Source: a virus (taxonomy: Duplodnaviria; Caudoviricetes). From it: a DNA stretch of 64,000 nt. Both the position numbers and the translations under genes were made by a program. A model generated the notes under the pieces. That model saw nothing but the letters and a program-made list of their open reading frames with translations. It did no database searches and had not been told where the DNA came from. The stretch spans positions 96,001-160,000 of the IMG/VR virus record IMGVR_UViG_3300028603_000021, one strand, 5' to 3'. Positions within the stretch are counted from its first letter, which is position 1; the number at the start of each line of letters is the position of its first letter. This document shows positions 27,613 through 35,500 of this stretch, in pieces.

Positions 27613-29232
27613 TCAGTTGCTGAAAACCCAAGTTCTGGTACCAGCGTCGAAGAGCTGTTCTGCTCCTCTCATGGCAGCAAGCTCTATCTCAGACCTAGCG
27701 TCGTTATCTGGAAGCCCGAGAGCCTCCCTGCTCTTGTGCTTCATGAAGTTAGCTCGGTTGTAAAGTCGGCCATCCATGAAGTAGAACAACGAAACCTTGT
27801 TTTCCCTCGTCATATCAAAACCAAGATTACCGTAGAGGGCTCCGTTGCTGTACCTGTTGTAAGAATAAGAAGTTATCTTCCCGGGTGGTCGATGTTTGAA
27901 CAGCTTAGAAAACCCGCCAACAACCACCGTACTCATGAGAGAGCAGAACCTGTCTAGCTCGTAACCGTCGTTCCTGGTAGAGAACCCCATAACCGAAACC
28001 AGCATACCGTCGTGTTCTAGCCCCAGCTTGACCTTAGAGTTCTTAGCACCCTCTAAGTGGTTGATGTCTAGAAACTCCCGGTAAGCAGAAGGAGATACAT
28101 CTACTACCTTACACTCGCGTGCATAGAGTTTGTTCTGTACTAGTCCTAGTGCATTATATATCATACTTCTGACTAGTTCTGGCTTTTCGTCTATCTCATT
28201 ACCCCAGAACTGCAACAGCCTTATACCTTGCTCTTCGCACTCTATAAACTTCTTGTAGTGGTACTGACGGTCTTGCAGCATCCGGTGGGTATGGAAGTAC
28301 TCTCCGTTTATCTCTATAGCTAGCTTTTTCTCCGGGAAGTACAGATCTAGCTCTTTGCGGCCGATGATGCCCCTCTTGTTAACCTCGTAGCTTTCCCCGA
28401 TATCGTCTAACCATCCTATGATACGGTTATGCTGTGTAGATATATTGGAACTGCAACGTGGGCAACGGATACCAGCTAGATGAGAATAGAGATTCTGAGA
28501 GACTTCCCCGTGTTCTTTGCACCTATACGTCAGCGTGCCAGATTCCAAGCTGATATACTCATAGAGATCACCATGTACTTCCCTGGCTCTTTTTTCCGCC
28601 TCTTCTAAGGTAGTTCTGGGTCGTCGAGAGTTTACTTGGTAAGAGCAAGTCCTACATCCTTGTCCATTCAGGTGTTTATCGTAGGTCTGAGTAAAGACAC
28701 CGTGGATAGGACAGACAAACTTGCCCCTGGTGTAAGCCAGCCTAGAGATAGTTTCTGGTATGAGGTGGTATAGATATTTTTCTCCGTGAACTTCTCTAGC
28801 CTTCTCGACGAACTCTTCACGAGACATCTCTACCACAAGGGCTTCACTAGCACATTCCCTACAGCCATAGCCGTCTAAGTGAGATGAAGCTCTCTGTTTG
28901 AACTTACCGTGAACCGGGCAGATTATCGTTACCGGGTTTCTAGTTTCCGTGAAGTTGGCTTTCGAATAGTCGAACTTATCCCCGTGAACCTCTCTAGCAC
29001 GCTTCTCAAAGTCTTCCGGAGTCATGGATATGCTGGCGATATAGCAATCCCTACAACCCTGTCCCCTGTTGAGGTGGTTTCCCGGAGTCATATCGAAGTT
29101 ACCGTGCTCTGGGCAAATTATCGTTACCGGAACTTTACTACCTCGATAGTCCACCTTGTCATAAACATATCTATCACCGTGAATTTTGCGGGCTTTTCTG
29201 ACGAATTCTTCCTTATTACTTTTCTTAGCCAT
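27613..29232 (-). CDS. Zn-ribbon array (4 repeats) + endonuclease + GNAT-like domain; Hef-like homing endonuclease D
   Basis: KELDLYFPEKKLAIEINGEYFH; likely start ATG 29232, 5 nt after TATACT. Confidence 0.75.
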   Translation of the reverse strand: MAKKSNKEEFVRKARKIHGDRYVYDKVDYRGSKVPVTIICPEHGNFDMTPGNHLNRGQGCRDCYIASISMTPEDFEKRAREVHGDKFDYSKANFTETRNPVTIICPVHGKFKQRASSHLDGYGCRECASEALVVEMSREEFVEKAREVHGEKYLYHLIPETISRLAYTRGKFVCPIHGVFTQTYDKHLNGQGCRTCSYQVNSRRPRTTLEEAEKRAREVHGDLYEYISLESGTLTYRCKEHGEVSQNLYSHLAGIRCPRCSSNISTQHNRIIGWLDDIGESYEVNKRGIIGRKELDLYFPEKKLAIEINGEYFHTHRMLQDRQYHYKKFIECEEQGIRLLQFWGNEIDEKPELVRSMIYNALGLVQNKLYARECKVVDVSPSAYREFLDINHLEGAKNSKVKLGLEHDGMLVSVMGFSTRNDGYELDRFCSLMSTVVVGGFSKLFKHRPPGKITSYSYNRYSNGALYGNLGFDMTRENKVSLFYFMDGRLYNRANFMKHKSREALGLPDNDARSEIELAAMRGAEQLFDAGTRTWVFSN

Positions 29233-29237
29233 GATGT

Positions 29238-29267
29238 AGTATAACACATTGGATTCCTCTGAGTCAA
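29238..29267 (-). promoter_or_regulatory. Sigma70-type promoter TTGACT-18-TATACT (leaderless) for endonuclease D
   Basis: Near-consensus -35 and extended -10. Confidence 0.7.
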
Positions 29268-29353
29268 TACCCTACTCCAACACTAAGGAAAATACACGAT
29301 ACCCTTGACCCTTAGGGAGTAGTTACTGTTCTAATGGTATCCAATGAGGTCAC

Positions 29354-29385
29354 AAAAAGAACCGGGTAGGATGATTCCTACCCGG
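29354..29385 (-). terminator. Intrinsic terminator after the major capsid gene
   Basis: CCGGGTAGGA-ATCA-TCCTACCCGG then TTCTTTTT. Confidence 0.85.
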
Positions 29386-29411
29386 CTGGTTTATGGCTTA
29401 GAAACCCCGTC

Positions 29412-30806
29412 CTAGACGGCGTTACTTTGCCCGACGTTTACAATTGCGAAGTTGAATTCTGGTGCTCGGGCATACAGGCTAACCACGTGGCGGATAGCCA
29501 AATCTCTGTTCAGCACCTGTGGGAGTTGTACCTGCTCAAGTGGGATCCACTGTGCAAGTGCAGTAGTGCGGAAATCCACACCAACTACATTACCTGTACC
29601 AGGGATACGTTCGTAGGTAAAGCTACCATACCCAGAGGTCAAGGTCTGATGGCCGTTGTCGGTGAAAGAGAAGCTCGTCCCGTAGACAGGAACTTTAGTA
29701 AGGAACTTAAACTCACCGCCGTTATCAGAACGGAAGATGATAACCCACTTAGTAGAAGCATCCACAGTGGCTGAAAGATCCGCAGCGTAGTTAGTACTTC
29801 CATCGGGCGTTGCTGGCCCACTTCCTGGCACAGCAGCAGATTCTCCGTAGAAGTTTGCAGCCTTAATCTGGTAGGTGTAGCTACCGTTAGCAAGACGGGT
29901 TGTGGTAGCCGTAGTGTTGTTGCTTACGGTTAGGGTTCCAGGAGCAGGTGGACGAGCGAACTCCCCGCCGGTGTTACCGAAGCCGATGTCCGTGAACTTA
30001 TCCCAGTCTCCGAGGAAACGTGAGGTTACAAGCTCGCTTTCTCCGTATGCAGAGATGTAGCTCTGTGCATCGGCTCCCAGGAGGCCAGCAGCACGTTCAG
30101 TCTGGCTGGTACGTGCGATCTGGTAGAAGCTCTGCTGTAGGTTGATCTTGTCAACAGGTGACATGAAGACTACATCAGGACGAGCCATGCCTTGTGTCTG
30201 GTAGACTTTGTTCTCTGCAACCCAGAGGGCAGCAAGAGAAAGAGGAGCACCCTTGAGGTCAAGGATATTCTGTGGCGCACCGCGCTTGACCATCGTAGGA
30301 ACACCATCGAACTGAAGGTTTCCGGGGGAGTCGAACTCGGTCGAGCCGAAGGCGCGGTTCCCGTGGAACATCATCCATTCGGTTTCTTCCATCACGGCTA
30401 CCATCTTCTCGTTGCGTGCAGTCTGCTCAGCAGTCTGGATACCTTCGCGGGTAGTAGCAACGGCAAGCTCTGTGATGGTGATGCGGTGACCGATCAGGCT
30501 CGGGCGGGTACGACGACGAACTACGTCAGCGTCGATAGTACGGGGAATACCGCCGTCCTTGTACGCACCGTAGCCGATCTTGTCGTGACGTGAGGTCACG
30601 AGGCTGTACTCGTGCTCTAGAGCAGTTGCCTGTACCTTAGTAAGGCGCTCGTAGAACGGAGTTTCCAAGATGTTAAGGCGGGCAAGCTCGCCTTCAAGAT
30701 CCTGTCTTTCGAGGCCTTGTGCAACCTGGCTGGTGCCGTCGATTGCCTTGAGGACATCTGGGTGCAGGTGCTCTAGGTATTTCATGTGTTCTGGGTAGTA
30801 TGACAT
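29412..30806 (-). CDS. Major capsid protein (SPO1/Twort/A511-like)
   Basis: LERQDLE, TEWMMFHG...LQFDG motifs, FN3-like insertion; downstream of the protease; strong terminator. Confidence 0.85.
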   Translation of the reverse strand: MSYYPEHMKYLEHLHPDVLKAIDGTSQVAQGLERQDLEGELARLNILETPFYERLTKVQATALEHEYSLVTSRHDKIGYGAYKDGGIPRTIDADVVRRRTRPSLIGHRITITELAVATTREGIQTAEQTARNEKMVAVMEETEWMMFHGNRAFGSTEFDSPGNLQFDGVPTMVKRGAPQNILDLKGAPLSLAALWVAENKVYQTQGMARPDVVFMSPVDKINLQQSFYQIARTSQTERAAGLLGADAQSYISAYGESELVTSRFLGDWDKFTDIGFGNTGGEFARPPAPGTLTVSNNTTATTTRLANGSYTYQIKAANFYGESAAVPGSGPATPDGSTNYAADLSATVDASTKWVIIFRSDNGGEFKFLTKVPVYGTSFSFTDNGHQTLTSGYGSFTYERIPGTGNVVGVDFRTTALAQWIPLEQVQLPQVLNRDLAIRHVVSLYARAPEFNFAIVNVGQSNAV

Positions 30807-30838
30807 ATCTTACTTATATCCTCCTGGGGAATATGATA

Positions 30839-32482
30839 TCAAAGGTTGTTGTTCTCGTACTTGTTAACGTACTGATAGAACTTTGGTTGACTGATGCCTA
30901 GTAAATTCTCTGCCTTGCTGAGAACTCGTCCCCTCTTCTGTGAATGTGCTTGCGAGTATCCCTTGATTGCTACATACTCTGAGATAAACGACTTAAGTGT
31001 ATCCAACTGTTCGGGGTTAAGTTCACCTTCTTTAGAGTTTACCACACTTTTTTGAACAATTTCTGAAGTAGTCTCTGTACTACTGTCAACAGCTACTCCA
31101 GGCTTGACAACACGTGGTTCTGGACTCTTATTAACAACTGACTTAACTACCGTAGTTTCGTTGGTCAGTTTGTTTATGATCTTAGCTACAACACGGTCTT
31201 CCCAGCCTTCTAGGATTCCCTTTATAGCCGCGCCAAACTTTTCAGTTGACTCGTCAGAAAGCTCAACGACTGAAGACTTGATAACAGGAGGAGTTTCAGA
31301 AACCTGAGATTCACCTGGTACTTCGTCAGTAAGTTCGTCTTCTGTGCCGAACACTTCTTGTCCACCACCCCCGTCAACGATAGTCTGTAGGGCGTCTAGG
31401 ATGCTGTCAAGCTTGTCTAGGATCATAGACTGGGCTTCGTCTTCCTGTTGCTCTCCGCCAGAGTCGTCTCCAACCAGTGAGTCGAGAAGGTTATCGACTG
31501 CTTCGTCGCCTTCGTCGCCCATGGCGTCTTCCATGGGGTCGCCAAGACCTTCTACGTCTGAGTCCATGTCAGCAGCATCACCGGCAAGGTCGCCAGCGTC
31601 TGCGCCTAGCTCCGCTTCGTCTGACTGAAGCTCGCTTTCATCGGCTTGAAGCTCACCCTCATCCGCCCCAACGAGGGTGTCCTCGTCAAGCTCTGGGGTT
31701 GCTTTCAGCACTTTCTTTTTGTCTGCCATAAGATATTCTATATCCTCCTTGATGTTTATGTAGCTCTCGAACACGTGAACCTTTCCGGAATCTCCATGTA
31801 CGGTTGACTTGACTACTAGCTGGTTTTTGTTGCTGTCGAACAGAACACTGTCTGGTACTATCGTGTGATACGCTGTTTCTTGGTCGTCTGCGCTCGTGTC
31901 GTTAAGCATGCTCTTCATAGCGTATGCCCACGTGCGAGTCTTGGGGTTTACTGGTTCGGGGGTTACTGATACTTCGTAGAGAAGAAGCTCTGGAAGATAG
32001 GTTATGTACTTGCCACGTCCCATATCGTACTCTCTGCGTGGGGTACCTAAGTACTTAGCCCCTATAGAAAGACCCATGGTATCGGAAAAGTTCTGCTCCT
32101 TGTTCTGCATGAAGGAGTTCCATATCATGGGAGACAGCGGGTGAGATTTGTTGAGAGCTGCCTTGATGTACAGACCTTCATCTCTTATCTCTGCATCTAG
32201 CGGTCTTCCTATGGGAAGCTTGAGAGAAAGTATCTGTTCTTGAGTAAAGCCGTGGTCTTTCAGCCAGTCGGCGTTCTTCTGGGCGTACTCGTGGTTGAAG
32301 AAAATCTTGCCGTTAGTCTTGAAGAACTCGATAGAGTTGATAAAGCTATCTGGGTAGACTACCTCACCGTACAAGTCTTCGTCTGCTGTAGAAGCGATAC
32401 CTTCGAAGATCCAGTCGCCATCTTCCCCGGCGACAGACTTTACTGCATCTAAGTGTACAAATAAGTTAAAGTTCTTATGCAT
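30839..32482 (-). CDS. Prohead protease fused to an acidic scaffold-like region
   Basis: FEGIASTADEDLYGEVV, FFNH, GLSIG, LYEVSVTPEPVNP (HK97-type protease motifs). Confidence 0.85.
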   Translation of the reverse strand: MHKNFNLFVHLDAVKSVAGEDGDWIFEGIASTADEDLYGEVVYPDSFINSIEFFKTNGKIFFNHEYAQKNADWLKDHGFTQEQILSLKLPIGRPLDAEIRDEGLYIKAALNKSHPLSPMIWNSFMQNKEQNFSDTMGLSIGAKYLGTPRREYDMGRGKYITYLPELLLYEVSVTPEPVNPKTRTWAYAMKSMLNDTSADDQETAYHTIVPDSVLFDSNKNQLVVKSTVHGDSGKVHVFESYINIKEDIEYLMADKKKVLKATPELDEDTLVGADEGELQADESELQSDEAELGADAGDLAGDAADMDSDVEGLGDPMEDAMGDEGDEAVDNLLDSLVGDDSGGEQQEDEAQSMILDKLDSILDALQTIVDGGGGQEVFGTEDELTDEVPGESQVSETPPVIKSSVVELSDESTEKFGAAIKGILEGWEDRVVAKIINKLTNETTVVKSVVNKSPEPRVVKPGVAVDSSTETTSEIVQKSVVNSKEGELNPEQLDTLKSFISEYVAIKGYSQAHSQKRGRVLSKAENLLGISQPKFYQYVNKYENNNL

Positions 32483-32584
32483 AGTAGCCTATGTCTTCTC
32501 CAGTAACGTTCTGCACCATCATATCAAGTATGTTGGGAACATTGCAATCGAATAGTATGATTATACGGTATGGTTTGAGGATAA

Positions 32585-35500
32585 TCAAAGACCAGGTACA
32601 TAGTTCCAGGCGCTTCTAGTAGTGTCTATGCGTACTGACTTCTTAGTTTTCTTGGCCTGGTTTTCTTTCATGTTATCCCACAGAGTACCAAACATCTCTG
32701 CTTTGGTTTCCGGGTCGAGCACCCCGTCGTCGTTGAAGCTGTACCTGTAGCCTTTAACTGGGTTACCGTCTGCATCGTACAGAACCATCATCGACTCGCC
32801 GTCAGGGTCTCCCTCGACTAGGTTCTTCTTTCCTCCTAGCTCGTCAATCTGTGACCGATAGGTGCCAGCTGTAGTTCTGTACCCAGAAGAATGTTTGAAG
32901 CCTGGATTTTCTGGGTCGTCTGAGAGCGAAAAACCATAGGCATTTTCCTTCGTGTCGGTATCGTCTCCGTGTGTTACTTCTTCTTCTTCTTCTTCTGGTT
33001 CTCCTACACCAAGCTCTTCACCTATGTTCGCCTGGTCTACAAGCTCTGCCTCTTCGCGGAGGTCATCTATGTCGTCTTTTTCTTTCTTGCCTGTGGACTC
33101 TTTCCTCTTGACTACCTTCTCGTCAGATAAGGCACTTTCATCCTTCTCTTTCTCGCTGCGCAGCGCTGCTAAGTCTTCTTCTCTCTTCTTCTTGGCCGGA
33201 GACATCTTAGTCAACCCTTTTGCGCCAAACATAGCTCTCAGATCGTTAGATGTGAAACCTGTCTTCTTCTTAGCGTTGAACTTAGACTCCTCGCCAAGAG
33301 GTGTTATGGACAAGGCTCCATCCTTGCCAACTTTAACCCCAACCGAGTAGTCAGCGTCTCCTGGCTTCTGAAGAACCAAGTCGTAGCCCTCTACGTCTGG
33401 AGCCGGAACAGTCAAACCCTTAACCTCGTTAAGTGCAGATAGTGTCTTTCTACCCTCTGGGTTGAGTTTGTTAGCTGGTATCCTAGTGGCTATGGAGGCC
33501 TTACTTCTAGCTGGCGGTGCTATGTCTTCTTTAGGCTCTGGGGCGGGTTTAGTTGCAGCTGGTTTAGTCGCAGCTGGCTTAGGCGTAGCTGGCTTAGTGG
33601 GAGCAGCTGGTTTGGGTGTAGCTGGCTTTGGAGTTTTGGCTTTGGACTCCTTCTGCTCATCGTTCCAGAATTCCATGAATTCTTGCAAAGACTGTGCCGC
33701 TTGAGCGCCAGTACGTTCGCTCCTTACCGCCTCATCCCTAGACCTCTGCTCAGGAGGAATGTACGAAGGCATAGCCCACTCTGTGAGCTTTATATCTCCA
33801 TCGTCGATAGACAGATCGAAGATATCTCCGTTATCTCGGTAGAAAGAGATAGTATCACCTGACACTCTGACATCCCCAAGGTCTTTGTACTTAGACATCT
33901 CTTTAACAACCTTGTCGTAACGAGTCTTAGCAGCCCCCTCTAAGGCGCTACCGGCCTTCCCGAACTCAGTATTACCGACTTCTTCCACTATCTTCTTCGG
34001 AGAAAGTTTCTTCTGTGGTGCTTCAGCGGGGGCTGGCTTAGCGGGGGCTGGCTTAGCGGGGGCTGGCTTCTCTGGCACAGTTGTAGATGTTGCTTCGCTG
34101 ACCTCTGATGGCTGCTCTGCTGGTACGGTATCTCCAATCCCAGTGAATGGCTCTGCTTTCGGTGGCTCCCCTAGCAGTTTTGTAACCGCCTCTGGTGTTA
34201 TGTTCTTTTCGTGCATGACACGAAGAGTTTTACCGGATGGTATATCTGACACCTGTAGGCTAGTACCGCCGTTGCTGGTGTTAAGCCTTACCCTCTTGTC
34301 CCCTATGGTAGCCTCAAACCCGTTAGGAAATGTTCTGGTGTCTTTGACTGGATACTGTCTCAAGGTGTCTACTGTGTTATTTACTGTCTCTCCGTACGGC
34401 TTCTTGCTCAGTGTCTTCACCATACCAGCGGGGATAGCTACGTGTTCTAGCTTACCCTCTTTAGAACGTTTGTTTCTGTTGACCTTAGGCTGCTTGGTAG
34501 CAGCTCCGCCTGGTTCACTAGGAGCTGGTTTCGGTGTCTCGGTTGGTTTCTTAACCTTACGCTCTTCTTCAGTCTGTATAGGTATAGATTCTCCGGTGTT
34601 AAGATCAAAGATTGCTAGCTGTCCGTTTTCCTTAGCAATCCTCTTGGCTTCATCCAGGTCTTGCACGTTCTGGGAGACATCCAGATAATAGTTACCGTCT
34701 TTGTCGTTGTACCACGCCCCAAGGTAATCAGTGGGTAGCGTAGAGGCGTCAACGTGAGACTTCATGTACTCCCTTAGCTTCTCTGGAGTAAGCTCTGCCT
34801 CTGGAACTGTGACCTCCTTTCCTGCGTGAGAAACCATGAACCCAGTCTTAGCAGACTCTTGACCAGCGAACATAGGGATAGATCCACCACGCTCTCCCTT
34901 CTCGTTGGGGGTGGTTATGTCCTTGTAGGCAGACTCATAGCTAGAGTCATCCCACTCTGGGGCTTTCCCCTCTACGTATCCGGACTTAACGGGTGTTGGT
35001 GGTTCTTCTGGTGTCGGTGGTTCTTCTGGTTCCGGCTGGAACAACCCTTCCTGAACAGGGGTGTTAAGTTTAGTTAGAGCTTTATCTCTCTTCTTACGCC
35101 CGGTTTCCCCTGTTAGCCTTCCCCCTAACCCGGTAGTAGGTTCTGCCCTTACCGGAGCCTCCTCTGCGGTGGGTTCTTCCGCAGCAGTATCTTCCACGGG
35201 CTCAGCAGGTTCCTCTCCAGCTGGTTCTTCCTCTTCAGCGGGTTCTTCCACAGCTGGTTCTTCCTCGGTTGCTTCTCCCTCTTCAGAGGGTTCCTCTGCG
35301 TCAGGTATCTCGTCGTCGTCAGAGATAAGGTCTGCCTCGTTCTGGGTTTCCACACGCTCACGCACGGCGTCTTTTACTCTGTCAGAAACAGTCTCAGCTG
35401 GTTCGTACACAGCAGGAGAATTTTCGTTGGCACCGAGGGCTCTCAGGCTTTCAACTGCCTTATCTACTGCCTCGTCGCCCTCAAACCTGGTCTTGTTGAC

